Shown here: one piece after another, positions 1 to 12,929 of the stretch
Layout of the letters: each line of letters starts with the position of its first letter
Position numbering within the stretch: position 1 is the stretch's first letter
From: Podarcis vaucheri
Taxonomy: Eukaryota
NCBI GenBank assembly: GCA_965113315.1
Contig: OZ220373.1
Strand: one strand, 5' to 3'
Length of the DNA: 64,000 nt
Program-made: the position numbers and the translations under genes
The notes under the pieces: generated by a model
What the model was told of the DNA's origin: nothing
The model's database searches: none
Seen by the model: only the letters and a program-made list of their open reading frames with translations

Positions 1-3000
1 CCTGCTGAGATCTTCCTCCAGTAGAATCTCAAAATAGCATTCAAGAAGGCTTCACAATGTGGACATGTGTATCTGCCTCTTACGGTGACTGAAACAATGG
101 GGAAATAAAGAGCAAGTGAGATGATAGCTAGCTAGCCTTGCAATTCTGCTAACCAACTTTCAGGTGATAAAGGATGCTCCTTTGGTATTAAGGGCCCAGA
201 AAAACTCATTTGAAGATAAGCTGATCCAGTCAAAGATACTGTTGCCTTGCAATAATGCAGCCATTAAGATGCTGAAATAGCTAATTGTAGCTCCTGGGAA
301 AACCAATCAAGTTGGAAACATCGATCAAGAAGAGTTAAACAGTAAGACACTCCTTGTCTCCTAATGCTAAGGATCACCCAAGTAAATTGATTGGAATCAC
401 AACACAGAGCTCACACACAAAATTCACCACCGCAAGGCACCATGTGGGGAAATGGCTGGGGAAGCTTTTTTCAAGGCTGACACAAATCTGTCTGATAGAC
501 ACGGGCAAAGCTATTAGCTTTTCCATCTGCCTTTGGTAGCCGTCTCCCTCTGGAGACCCTGAGGCCAGGGATCAGCAAGGAGGCCTCCCGACTCCTCTCT
601 CATGCCCGGCTGGCAAGCCTGGAGAGCATGGGCTGGGTGGGCCTAATCCTGCAAGGCAAACCTGGCCGCCTTGCTTTGGGTTCGGCTTGCAAGGCTACAG
701 CAGAAGCCGGAGAATAAAAACTCACAGCTGAGTGCCAAAGGAAAGGTTGCTATGGCAGCCCTTCTCGACATGCGGCAATTCTGACACTTGCTGGGAATTC
801 TTACACGGCACCTTTTATGGCCAACGGAGGACTACGCCTGCTTCAAACGAGGCCTGGCCAACGTGCCGCTTTCTTGGCTCCATCATCCCTGGAGGCTGGC
901 AAGCAAAGATTGCAATTGCAATTTGATGACACTTCAGGACGACAGTTTCTGTCCTCGTCGCTTGCTTCCCAAACTGTTTATTTTCTAAAGCCTGATCTGC
1001 CAATAAGCAAGCTGCTAATCTCAGCGAGAGCTGAAGCAGGCGCTACGCGGCTGGATGAATCACGTTTCGGAAGGTAGAGAGCCGAATGAGAACGCTTATC
1101 AAAGGGAAAATATTCTAAACTCCAGCCAGAGCAAGCACATGCGCTAGCAAGTCACTCACCAAGCTCAGAAGGGAATAGAGACTCAGATCAAAATGTTTAT
1201 AGAAGAAAACGGGAAGCAAAGAGAAGGATGCAAAATAAACAGATGTGGAGTTGCTACAGCTGCCTGAAATCCTGGAGTGCAGCTGCCGATCAGGGCAGAC
1301 AATGCTGAGCTCAATGGGCCTGACTCCTAGGTTCCTACATCCATCTCAGTTGTTGCCAATCTCACAAGATTCATGGGAGCCATTGCAGAGGCTCAGACTG
1401 GCACAGCCTCTTGTGCCAAGGAATGCATTTGGGAATGTAAAGGGACTCAGGCATCCCAAGCCAAGCTACAGGTCCCATGACATCCTAGTTACATGGCAGT
1501 CAGAGGGGACACATGTGGCAGAAAGCAACAAAGCTTTCTGGGGGATGAATGACAAGAACAGAACACAAACTGATTGGTACAAAAAGCCAGTGATAGAACT
1601 TGTCAAGTCACTCAGCCTTGAGTAACCAATGCTGATTGCTACCAGGCTCTGTCATCCTAACCGCTTCCTCCTACGGAAGGGAGAGAAGCCACCTTGAAAG
1701 ACCTTCCCATTCTCCTACTTGCTAAGAAAGCTTATCATAAATGCCTCATCAAGATAAGCTCTATGAACAAAACTGAGGCACCCATTAATTTTAGTTAACG
1801 TTAGGAGCATTTCAACAATTGGCAGGTGACAATTTTCCTTCAGAAAGGTAAGTAAGCGGAAGGGTAAGCGAAAGTAAGGCTACGCAGAATAGCCTACTCT
1901 TTGAACCATCTAGAAGCAAAAGTCAACAGACATGGAAACCTACTCTTAGGAACAAGGTATGAAAATTCCAGTAACATTCTCCATAGATCAAGGAATAGCA
2001 GATACATTGCAGCCAGAAAAATGCGAGATTCAGAAGACATTTGACCAACTGAGTGCAAAGTGCAAACACTTGAAATGTGCTTGGAAAGTCCTCTGGGAAA
2101 ACCTGAAACTGGGGGCACAGATGCCCAAGGGGGGCAGTGGACTGGCCACTAAACATGTTTTGTGTTGGCAAGAATGAAGTTTGGTTTCTGACAGCACGGC
2201 GAGGTATTTTGTCTCTGCTCCGCACGAGGATTTAAAGCAGGTTTTTAGCCAGGCAGACATGAAGCGGCAAGAGGCATGGCAGCTTCTTTATCCAAGGGTG
2301 ACACCAGCGCCCCTGGGAGAGCTGCAGGTCGGCCGCGGCCCATGCCAGGCTCCTCAGATCTCTTTCCCTCCAGACTCCTCTGCAAGGAAATTTGAAGCAT
2401 GCCAGTTGTTTGCATGGGGAACTTGGGTAAGTGATGTCCTGGACAACGGAGGCTGCCCGCTAAAAGCTGTCCTGGTGACACCCAAAAAGAAAACCAAACC
2501 ACCTGCAAGCCTCCTGTGTCATTGATTTTATGTTTCTGAACAATCTCCATAAAAGAAATGAACTCTGGTGAATCTGTGCTAGATTGCCATTTCCAGGCAA
2601 CTGGCTGAGGAAGTTCACGCCCCTTTCCAAGACTGTGGGTCATCACTAACATGGGATTCTAACAGGGGCAGCAATGTGCACCCCTGAGGCGAAGGCTGCC
2701 TTTTGTCAAAGCAGCCCTTTCCACTCCCAGATAAACTCCAGGGCCTGGCAAACGGGGCTTCTGCAAAACCGGGACCCAAGTGCCCAGCCTGGGAATTAGA
2801 ATGGCAAAGCAAGACGTCAAACAACAGTGAATTTCAGCACTCAAATTCCTCCCTGAGGAGCGACTTTCTGTCACTCGTTCTACCTTGTCAGCTTCACAAG
2901 TGGCATCACACAACAATTATGTGAGGCAGCAAGAAGCTTTTCCTACTTCTGCCTCTCGTGCAAAGCAGAATCCCAGCCAGGAATACTCACAACCCCCAAC

Positions 3001-3718
3001 ACAGAGCTGGCTTCAGCCGGGAGAGATGCCAGGGTTCTCTTTTGGATGAGGCAGGAGGGCAAAAGAAGGAATCGCAAGGCGCTCAGCACTTACTGCTCTG
3101 CCTTCCTCTAGCCTGTCTCAAGCCCCAGACGGGGGAAAGAGTTCAAGGGCAGAAACATTTTCAGCTTTGTGTGCATGTGTGTTTCAATTTGTTGAAGTCG
3201 CGGCTGAACAAAATAATTCAACAGGCTCCCTAACCATGTGCCCTTCAAATAAGATTCTTCACCATAAAGTAAGTAGTCCTCTCCCCCCCCCCCGTGAATC
3301 CCTTAGATGCTCAATTCCAGTTGAAACAATTGACATGTAGGAGTCTACCGATCCTAAAAGGAAGCGCTCTGATTTGTGAGCATGAAAGGCAAACCTCAGA
3401 GACAGAGCATGCCAAAATACTCCAGTTGAAGGCTACTGAGCATTAAGGGAAGCCAGTAGGTCAGGACCTCTCTCTCAGACACACACACACACAAACTCTC
3501 ACACAGAGCCGTCCATCTCCCCCACCTCTATAGAGCTGCCTCAAACTTCATGCTTGCAGTCTCAGAACTTACCTTGCGGCTAAAACACACAAAAGCATAA
3601 GGAGATGCAAACGGAAAAGAAACTTGGGGAAATCAAAGGAAAGCGAAAGAATAGGGAAGCTCCCTTTCCCAGAAGGAAGAGGCACGGGCGAGCCAACGCC
3701 TGTCCCACCGAGGGGTGG

Positions 3719-3918
3719 NNNNNNNNNNNNNNNNNNNNNNNNNNNNNNNNNNNNNNNNNNNNNNNNNNNNNNNNNNNNNNNNNNNNNNNNNNNNNNNNNN
3801 NNNNNNNNNNNNNNNNNNNNNNNNNNNNNNNNNNNNNNNNNNNNNNNNNNNNNNNNNNNNNNNNNNNNNNNNNNNNNNNNNNNNNNNNNNNNNNNNNNNN
3901 NNNNNNNNNNNNNNNNNN
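3719..3918. other. Assembly gap (200 N)
   Basis: Run of exactly 200 n. Confidence 0.99.
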
Positions 3919-4774
3919 TCCAACTCCTGCTGTTACGCTTTATATTACTTTAAACTGACTTGCATTTATGTCTACTCCTTGCAGCTAGTTTAATCAGTTT
4001 CTTGCCTTTTGCTGCACAGTTATTATTTTTTACCGTATTTATGAGTTGGAACATGGAAACCACCTTGCAGCCTTTTGGGGGCCCAAAAGGAGAGGTGGAA
4101 CTCTCTCAACAAGCATGGAGCTTCTCCTCTTAAGGCTCCACTTCATGAGGCTTCCTCAAGACCAACTTGTCACCCCGAGGCTCACATCAGCGGGTGCTCC
4201 TCACGTCTCTTCTTGAGAAGCGTGCAAAGTACCCTCCCACCCCACAAAACACAAGCTCTTCACCCCCTCCTGAGATCCCGGTCAAAGTTTTCAACGCTTG
4301 TTTGTTGGGCGGTCCTCTTTGTGCGTTTGGCTCCCTTGGTTCGCAGACGTCTCTGATGGAGTTTTAAGGACACACCCTCTCAAAATGGGAATATGTGGAT
4401 GGGTTGTAGCAGCATTGCAGAACACGGCCTTAGTCCCCATAAGACACAAAACAGAAGTCAGAGGATCTCTCCCAGCTGGATGAATGGGCAACAAAATGGC
4501 AAACGAGGTTCAATCTGAATCAGCATGAAGTGATGGGGGCGGAAGGAGGAAGTGGGGAGTACATCCCATATATACTGAAGGGTCTGAGCTGGTGACAACT
4601 GACCAGGAGAGAGATGTTGGGGTTGCAGTTGAGAAACCAATGGAAATGTGGAGCAGTGTGCAGCAGCAGCAGCTGCGAGAAGACAAATTTCATGCTACAG
4701 AGTATTAGGAAATAAAGTTTTAAGTACTATCTGACTTTTGGAGATTTTTAGACAGTTTTAAATACTGTATTGCT

Positions 4775-5450
4775 GCTATTGAAATCTGTGGTGCAACCAC
4801 ATCTGGAATATTACAAATATATAAAAATAAAAAATTGTCCAGTAGCACCTTAGAGAGCAACTAAGTTTGTTCTTGGTATGAGCATTAGGTATCTGAAGGT
4901 ATCTGCACAAGAATGCTCATACCAAGAACAAACTTAGTTGCTCTCTAAGGTGCTACTGGACAATTTATTTTATATATATATATATATATATATTTCTACC
5001 AGAACAACACGGCTACCTACCTGAATCTGGAATATTACAGACACTTCTGGTTGTCTCATCTCAAAAAAGAACATCACAAAAGTTGCTAAAGGGACAGAAA
5101 ACATGGTTCAAAATGATCAGGGAACTGGAGCACCACCAAGAAGAAGAAATGCTGACTTTTGGAGATTTTTAGACAGACGGAAGTTGTGTGTGTGAAGTGT
5201 GGAGGGGGGAGCTTGGTGCAGAGATTACACACAGTATATGGGAAGCAAAGGTTTTGCTTCCCACCAGATTTTCCCCTCTCTCTTTCAATCATCTAGTGAA
5301 ACTAACTAATAGCAGATTCAGGACACAAGAGAAAATTCCGCTTCACATTTTTAATTAACTTACAGAACTCGCTGCCGGAATATGTGATTATGGCTACTAG
5401 CTTAGATGGCTTTAAAAAGGTTTAGAAAAATTCACAGGGGGATGAGTTCA
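4775..5450 (+). mobile_element. Degraded CR1 LINE 3' region (interrupted)
   Basis: accacatctggaatattaca...ttctggttgtctcatctcaaaaaagaacatc resembles the CR1 RPHLEYCVQFWSP..KKDI coding region; CR1-like tail with ttagatggctttaaaaagg; boundaries approximate. Confidence 0.55.
4816..5024. mobile_element. Penelope-like palindromic retroelement remnant inserted into an old CR1 fragment
   Basis: Perfect 55-bp inverted arms 4832-4886 / 4912-4966, (TA)n, end motif aacacggctacctacctg; 15-bp direct repeat atctggaatattaca at 4801-4815 and 5025-5039. Confidence 0.7.
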
Positions 5451-6114
5451 TTGGCAGCCTTTAGATCTGCTACAAGCAGCAGGTCACTGCTTTCCGTGGG
5501 AGAGTTTCACCTTAAAGTCCATAAAACAAAAGCAGTGACTCAGAGCAGGGCTTTCCATGTGGCAGCCCCTCTTTTGTGGAACAGAATCCTTGCCGAGATA
5601 TCATAGGGGCCAACTATCTGTACTTTCATAAACAATTAAAAACGTTTTTGTTTGGGAAGGCTTTTCCAGTTGGATGAAGAGGTCTCTGCTTTCAGTGCTT
5701 ATTCTGTATTGTTTTTAAAGCCACCGTGAGTTTGTTTTTAAACCTATTTTTAGCCATTTTTATGGTACGTTGTGTTTGGAAAAAGGCATTTTAATTAATT
5801 AATTAGTCGCAGCATAGTAACTGCTGTTATTTTGGTTTACATTGGCCTGCTGTTTTCATTATACTTCCTTGTTTCTGAGCATGTACCTGTCATCAACACA
5901 TCTTATTTTCCTGATCTGCCTTCTGAGTGAGAGAGAGATGAAGAGATTGTGTGGCTATTTTCAAAAGGCCACAGAAGAATTCGATGGAAAGAAACGACCA
6001 AAATGCTTTAGCGGAGGGCGAATGATGGGAGTTGCCAAAGATTATGGGGAAAGGGAAGGGTCTGGAGAAGCCAAAATAAGCCCTGGTTCTCTCAGGTGAG
6101 TGTGTGGCAGCTCG

Positions 6115-6610
6115 TGTCAGGTGTGTGTGCAGGAGCCAGACCCTGTGACCAATAGGACTTTGCAGGACTGGGGCTTTCCTAAGTTTGTTATGGAGAGGCA
6201 AGGCACGGCTGCACAGGTGAGGCCGATTGATAACTCGCAGAACCTGGTGGCAAGAGCCGAGAAGGGATATAAGGTCAGCATTTCCCTTTGGCTTTTTGCC
6301 ACAGCAACACATTTCCTGCCTTGCTGCGTTTGGCTTCTTGCTTCCTGATCCTTGAACCTCGGCTTCCTGACTCCTTGCTTCTTGATTCTCGGACCCTTGA
6401 CTTCTCGCTTCTTGAGCCTTGAACCCCTGATTTCGTGAATCCTTGCTTCCTGACCCTCGGACCCTTGGCGTCTTGACTCCCGGCTCTCTGGCCCTCGGAC
6501 TCTTGGCTCCTGGCTTCTGGACCCCCCTTTCTGCTCCCATCCCGCCATCTTGCCCCCGGTCCTGACGCCCCCTGCCAGGACTTCGATCGTCCGTGAACCA
6601 GAGCGTGACA
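6115..6610 (+). mobile_element. Solo LTR (Gypsy-like), 496 bp
   Basis: Termini TGTCA...TGACA; 5-bp flanks gctcg / gcttg (one CpG-type transition); TATA-like gatataagg near 6266; internal degenerate pyrimidine-rich short tandem repeats 6333-6520. Confidence 0.7.
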
Positions 6611-7480
6611 GCTTGAAAGACAAGCCACGCCAGGGCAGGTCATCCGACATGAAGCTCACCCCCAGACCAGAGAGCGGAAGGAAGGAAGAGAGATCCATTC
6701 CAGATCTAACCTGGGGAGCCTCCCGATGGTCCCGTGCCAGGTTCAAAGGCCTGACAGCCACAACCCACGAGAGACTCCAGGAGCCTCCTGCCAGGAATGC
6801 AGAGCCCCAACAGGGAGGCTCTCCAAGCAGTTGTGTCAGCCTCACCAGGGAAGCTGCTTTCTAATAGCAGCGCCTCCTCAGAACAAGCTGCCGCCACACA
6901 GAAGCTCTCTGGATGCATTCCTCGTGGAGGCAGAATAGGGCTTCAGTCTAGATACCAAGGAATTTAAGGTAGCAAAAGACAATCCACAGAGGAAGGGGTT
7001 GGAAGAGGTCCACTCTGAGCTGCAGCAGCTCTCCCAGAAAGCTTTATTCGGATGAAGCTGGAGAAGGAAGCTGGGAGCTTCTGCAGGCAAAGCGACAGCC
7101 TTTCCCTGGGGCTCCACTTCCAGTTAGGAGTTTAAACATTCTGCACTGTGGGGGCTTGGAGTTTTAATTCACTGCTAAGACTTAATTTGGGGCTGAATCA
7201 GTGAGGAATTATTAAAACTGATAAAGAAAGAGTTCAGCAATGTAGGCCAAGTGCTTTGATGTCTATGAGGTATACATAATTCTATATTTAAAAAATCCTA
7301 GTTATCTCTCTACTTCATTCCAACTTCCTGAAGAGTAAAGCTCTGAACTCCAGATAAACTGTATGGTAAGCAATTCTTCCCTAAGCATGTGGGTGGATAA
7401 ACCACAGAAGAGGCAGCTGAGCCTCTAGCAGAAAACGGCCCGTCAAATGAACACCAGAGCCCTCTCCCCCCCCCGCCTCC

Positions 7481-7488
7481 CTCTCTCC

Positions 7489-7548
<60 letters not shown>

Positions 7549-7565
7549 TACACACACACACACAG
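7481..7565. repeat. Compound (CT)n(CA)n microsatellite
   Basis: Directly visible. Confidence 0.95.
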
Positions 7566-8213
7566 GCTCCTGCTCTAGAGAAGGGTGCAAATGCATTAGT
7601 GACTGGCTGTACAGGGAGAGGAAGACCAATGCTCTGGGAGAGGCGAGGCGGGGAGGGTAACATCCATCAGATGCTAGACAAGAGGGGCTGGAGCTCACAT
7701 CTCAACCATCTTCTCAGCCTCAGCTTAGCAGAAACCACAGAGCAGAAGAGGCTCCCCTCAAGTGTCTAGATAGAAAGAAATTGTGTCAACCACTCAGACC
7801 AACTTCTGATTTCAGAGACTGGCCTTGTCTACAATAAACTTCCCAAAACCATTTGGATCCACACGCCCCGTGGAGTCTAAGCTAGGGAACCATCTGACCA
7901 TAACAAGGGAACTAGACAAATTCCTCCAGCCCTCAACAAAGCACCATGTTAAGGATTGTGGCCCGTCAAATGTTTAGCGGCAGATATTAACTGGGATATG
8001 CACCTCTTACCGGAGAGGTGATAAATTCCTGGGCTGCATCAGAGCAGAGGCCTCGGTGTGGAAAAGGGTGAAGAACGCTGCACAAACGTGTCAAGCAGAC
8101 TCTGCCTAACAACTGCAGGCTCATTTCCTGCACAAACGGGCCCTCTTTAAATAACAAAATAGCCTCTCTTTCGCAATGCATTCCCACAATAAGAAATACA
8201 CAACAATAATTTA

Positions 8214-8567
8214 TAATAATTATGTATTATTTATACCCCGCCCATCTGGCTGGGTTTCCCCAGCCACTCTGGGCGGCTCCCAACAGAATATTAAAAACAC
8301 AATAAAACTTCAAACATTAAAAACTTCACTAAACAGGGCTGCCTTCAGATGTCTTCTGAAAGTCCGATGGTAATTTATTTCCTTGACACCTGGTGGGAGG
8401 GCGTTCCACAGGGCGGGCGCCACCACCGAGGAGGCCCTCTGCCTGGTTCCCTGTAACCTCACTTCTCGCAGGGAGGGAACTGCCAGAAGGCCCTCGGAGC
8501 TGGACCTTAGTGTCCAGGCTGAACGATGAGGGTGGAGATGTTCCTTCAGGTGTACTGGGCCGAGGCA
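8214..8567 (-). mobile_element. L2-type LINE 3' fragment
   Basis: Minus translation RASSVVAPALWNALP...RTFRRHLKAALF is the L2 ORF2 C-terminal pattern; near-identical copy at 50397-50565. Confidence 0.75.
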
Positions 8568-9494
8568 CAAGACACAAGCAGGGAGGGGCAGGAGCCCTTT
8601 GGCACATCCCAATGCCAATCAGGCAGCGGCAGGTGCTGCTGACCATGGTGCTGAAGGGCATCTCAGCTTGTTCCTCTTGTTTCACCACCTTGTCCACTAA
8701 CACGGCTGCTTGGATGACAACAGGAACATCTCCTGCGCCTCCTCCCTGGAAGGCTGCCTCTCTCTGAAAACGCCCACAAAGAACCTTTCCAGTGAATATA
8801 ACTCCGGTTGTCCCAGTCTGCGTCTCTATTTGAAATTGTTTTTGTATATGCAGCTGTTTTAAACTGTATATATAGGATAGTTTGCACATATGCAATTGTT
8901 TTTATTGTTGACGATTTTACTGTGAAATCGATTCAAGATATGTCATGAGAAGCAATTCACAAAAGGAATAGGTAAGAGGGCAAATGAGCGGGAGAACATG
9001 GCCCGAAACTGTGTCTCCGTGATTCCTTGACCGCGAGAGGGTGACCTCAGGATATTCTCAGCTCTTTTCCTGGGAGAGTCTTGGATGTGCAAGCTGGTGG
9101 TACTGACAAAGTTAGGATAATTGTTGTAATAATAATAAATGAACTAATATACTGCCCTATAACCCAGAGGTTATTGCTATTCCTGTTCCAGAGATTCCTT
9201 TCGTTGTGATTTTTAATCCCAGTATGGGGTTTTATTGTTCTAACCTTTGCACAACTGTTAAGACAATTCGTTCTATGAGGAATCTCATATATGCAATCAA
9301 TGTAAACATTCTGCAATCCTCCTGAAGAGCAAAACGCAACACCTGCTGCCTCCTATCATGTGCACCACACTTCCCTTTAAGCCACAGATGGGGAACACCT
9401 GTGGTCCTCCAAATGTTCCTGGACTCCCAGCTCTTACCAGCTCCAGTATCCAGCATGGCCAATGAGCAGGGATGGTGGGAGTTGGGAGTCCACT

Positions 9495-9752
9495 GAGAGC
9501 CAGTGTGGTGTAGTGGTTAAGAGCGGTAGTCACGTAATCTGGGGAACCGGGTTCATGTCTCCGCTCCTCCACATGCAGCTGCTGGGTGACCTTGGGCCAG
9601 CCACACTTCTCTGAAGTCTCTCAGCCCCACTCACCTCACAGAGTGTTTGTTGTGGGGGAGGAAGGGAAAGGAGAATGTTAGCCGCTTTGAGACTCCTGAA
9701 GGGGAGTGAAAGGCGGGATATCAAATCCAAACTCTTCTTCTTCTTCTTCTTC
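9495..9752 (+). mobile_element. tRNA-derived SINE (Squam3-like) with (CTT)n tail, inserted within a palindromic MITE
   Basis: A-box tggtgtagtggttaag, B-box-like gggttcatgtct, LINE-derived tail gccgctttgagactcc...ggcgggatatcaaat, (ctt)n; MITE sequence at 9385-9494 resumes at about 9753-9792. Confidence 0.75.
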
Positions 9753-11311
9753 AATGTGGTCTGGAGGGCCGGGGGGGGGGGAGGCACACCTGCTGTAAAC
9801 TGACCCATCACCCCTCCAAACACATCCACACTCAGCCCACAGCAGCAAGGCTGTATTTGCTGCAGAGAAGATACCCTCTGCTGTTGGTCCTTACAAACTG
9901 CACCTCATTGCAAGAAGGGAGCTTCCCACTGCACTGAACCAGAACTGACACAACAATGCTACTTTGGACAGACGCTTAAAATCTCTCCACTGCACCCGCC
10001 ACAAAAAGCGGGACCCTCCAATTAAAGCTGCTGAGACGAGATAGCTCTCAAAAGCCCAGGGCGAGGATAAGCTCCGTTTGAAGAAACGGCTGTGAAGCCC
10101 CACCTGAGAAGGCAAGGCTGAAGGATGGGGCGAAGTCAAACAACGGAAACCCGTTGGCCCCAAAGGCAGCAGCCAGCCAGTGTCTGCAGCAGAAGGATTA
10201 AGCGGATCAAGCTCTCTAGCCTGCTCTCTTGATTTCATTTCTGCCAATGAGTCTCCCAGCCAACAGATGGGAACTGCAGGAGCTTCACCCCTTCGTGCAT
10301 TTGGAAACCCAGGGTTACCGCTGGCATTTTAGCACTGATTTAAACTTAACCCCTTCAATATGCAGCTCCTGGATACTTTTTGTTGCCGGGGGACTGCACA
10401 ACATCTCCCTAGCCCTTCAGTGCCCTCCAAGTGCCTCTGCATACCAGCAGCTGGTGATCCTGTGTCCTGCTCTTGGGCTTCTCAGAGGCATCTGGCTGGC
10501 CATGGCACGAACAGGATGCTAGACTAGATGGACCCCCTGTGGTCTCTCCAGCTCCAGAGATCTCCTGGTGCTCTTATCAAGGTGCCACCTTGGCACCTCT
10601 CAATAGCTCTAACAATTTGCTCTTTCTGAGTATCACCAGTTTTGACATATTTCCTGGGGTGCCCTGTCCACTTATCCTCATTTGCTAGACAGATAAATAA
10701 TAGAAAAACTGTACCCTGCGCATCTCCTGTTTATTTCTGTGGGGCTCAGAAGAGGGATATTCCCAGATGATTGTGTCTTCAGCTAGAGAAGGTTCCAAAT
10801 GGGAGAAGACTATGTTTGCAGGGCTTTCTTTCTCTCAAAAGCAAACGCTTCCTGTGCACAAATGGTTTGGACTTCATCTGCATAATTTATTCCCCAGAAT
10901 TTTGTTTCACATATTTGCTTTGGCTTAACATTCAGTATCCCTTCTGCTTGGGGAGGACTTCTGAGTCCTATTGACAGCCCTCGCTCGTTATTTAAACAGA
11001 AAAGCAGCCGCTGATGTTTACCAAAGTGCCCACAACTCCTGCGTTCTGCCTCCACTCCAAACGGGTTGTCCAGATGGCACCCCGACCACAAAAATGCCCA
11101 TTGATACCTCATAATGGGTCTCCAAAACACCACCAAAAAAGCATACTAAACCATAAGGCCATGACAGATGAGCTCCGTTTATGAGATTATTGGACACTTT
11201 TCAAAAACGAGGCAAAGAGAATAAGGAAAGAAAAAATGCATCCACATCATAAGCTGACCATGTCTGAAAAAGGAGCTGCAACTTAGCTGTGCACCTGCCT
11301 GCTTCTGTGCT

Positions 11312-11510
11312 GGGGAGAGGGCTATAGCTCAGTGGTCGGGCATCTGCTGTGCTCACAGAAGGTTCCAGGTTCAATGCCTGGCATCTCCAGACAGGGCTGG
11401 GTGAGACCTCTCTCTGCCTGAAATCCCAGAGAGGCCTGTCCAAATCAGAGTAGACACTGATGATGGGTCATTGCTCTGACTCACTATATGGCAGCCTCCT
11501 TTGCTCCTAA
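11312..11510 (+). mobile_element. tRNA-derived SINE (Squam2-like), degraded
   Basis: tagctcagtggt A-box, ggttcaatgcc B-box, CR1-like tail ctgactcactatatggcagcctcct. Confidence 0.6.
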
Positions 11511-12528
11511 AGGTGATGGACTGATTTAAAAACACATGAAGTGGCAGGTTCATCCCCCTGGGCAACCTGCTAGCAAGTCAACCTTCCCAGAATGGTCAAA
11601 ATGCAAAACATTCTTGGGTGCCTGTTTGGGCTCTTTGATTCGGTGTGCTATTATTTTCAGACCAGTGAGTTGCAAAGGGAAGTCAAGATGCTTTCTGGCA
11701 TTTGTGCATTAACTACTACAGCAACCAGCAACTTCCATTACAGTTGACTGAAGGAGGACTGGCCCTGCTGTTGTGTAAAAGCACATCTTAAACAAACTCC
11801 TTAAAAAATGGGGTCACAGTCCAATTTTCCCCAAGACCGACTGGCTCATCCAGTGAAGGAACACATCCAAGCTGCGTTTTCCTATGGAAACAGAACACAG
11901 ATTCATTCCACTTGCGAACGGACCTGCTAGACCACTGGCTGGAAATCCACAGCCCAGGAAGCACCTGGAGCTTCATAAAGTATCTGACTGGACAAAACCT
12001 CTGCAGCAACCTTCCCCAACCTGGTGCCCTCTAGAAGTTTTGAACTACAACTCCCATCCGTGCAAAACACCTGGATGGCCCCAACTGAGGGGAAGGCTGG
12101 AGAAGCACTTTCTTTCTCTCTGTCCTGAATACTCCAACATGCAGCTGTGCTGAATGCCCACAAGTTCCAGGGCTATGAGAGAGGGAGAAAATCTTTCCTC
12201 TATTCACTGTCTCCACGTCAGGCATCATTTAATCATCGTTTAAAAGGCTGCCCTTTTCTGAGCCTTTTGCAACTGTACAGCATCCTTTTTTCAGGCAAGG
12301 TGACCAGAACTATACAAAGCATTCCAAAAGAAGACACCCCACAGATGTGTAAAACAGAATTATGATGCTGGTAAGTTTGATTTTCAATTCCTCTCAACTG
12401 CCATTTTATGACCCATTCACTCATTATGCAGAGGGTTCTTTTTGGGCTCCTCAGAATCCGTTTTTTGTTTTAGCAACCTAAACGACTTAGAATCAGCAGC
12501 AAACTTGGCCACACTCCTAACTCTAGAA

Positions 12529-12783
12529 CAGGGGTCAGCAAACTTTTTCAGCAGGGGGCCGGTCCACTGTCCCTCAGACCTTGTGGGGGGCCAGACTATA
12601 TTTTGAAAAAATAATAATAATGAACGAATTCCTATGCCCCACAAATAACCCAGAGATGCATTTTAAATAAAAGCACAAATTCTACTCATGTAAAAACACC
12701 CTGATTCCTGGACCGTCCGAGGGCCGGATTTAGAAGGCAATTGGGCCGGATCCAGCCCCCGGGCCTTAGGTTGCCTACCCTTG
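12529..12783. mobile_element. hAT-type non-autonomous DNA transposon (MITE A)
   Basis: TIRs caggggtcagcaaact / aggttgcctacccttg; 8-bp TSD ctctagaa / ctctagat. Confidence 0.75.
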
Positions 12784-12791
12784 CTCTAGAT

Positions 12792-12929
12792 CAGCAGTTC
12801 TCAACCCATGGGTCCCCAGATGTTGTTGGACTACAACTCCCTTCATCCCTGAGCTCTGGCCTTGCTAGCTAGGGGTGATGGGAGTTGTACTTCAACAGCA
12901 TCTGGGGACCCACAGGTGGAGAAAGGCTG
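12792..12929. mobile_element. Palindromic hAT-type MITE B
   Basis: Internal inverted ggactacaactccc / gggagttgtac; 8-bp TSD ctctagat on both sides (12784-12791, 12930-12937). Confidence 0.8.

Noticed and set aside
1150-1245. Strong donor TTG|gtgagt at 1160 behind a pyrimidine-rich stretch
   Set aside because: No convincing acceptor or reading frame, so it cannot be supported from sequence alone.
3605-3993. ORFs spanning the N run
   Set aside because: Artefacts of the assembly gap.
5893-6864. Overlapping 100-240 aa ORFs with repetitive content
   Set aside because: They arise from the tandem repeats of the solo LTR.
9495-9575. tRNA-like A/B boxes here and at 11312 and 42256
   Set aside because: These are SINE heads, not tRNA genes.
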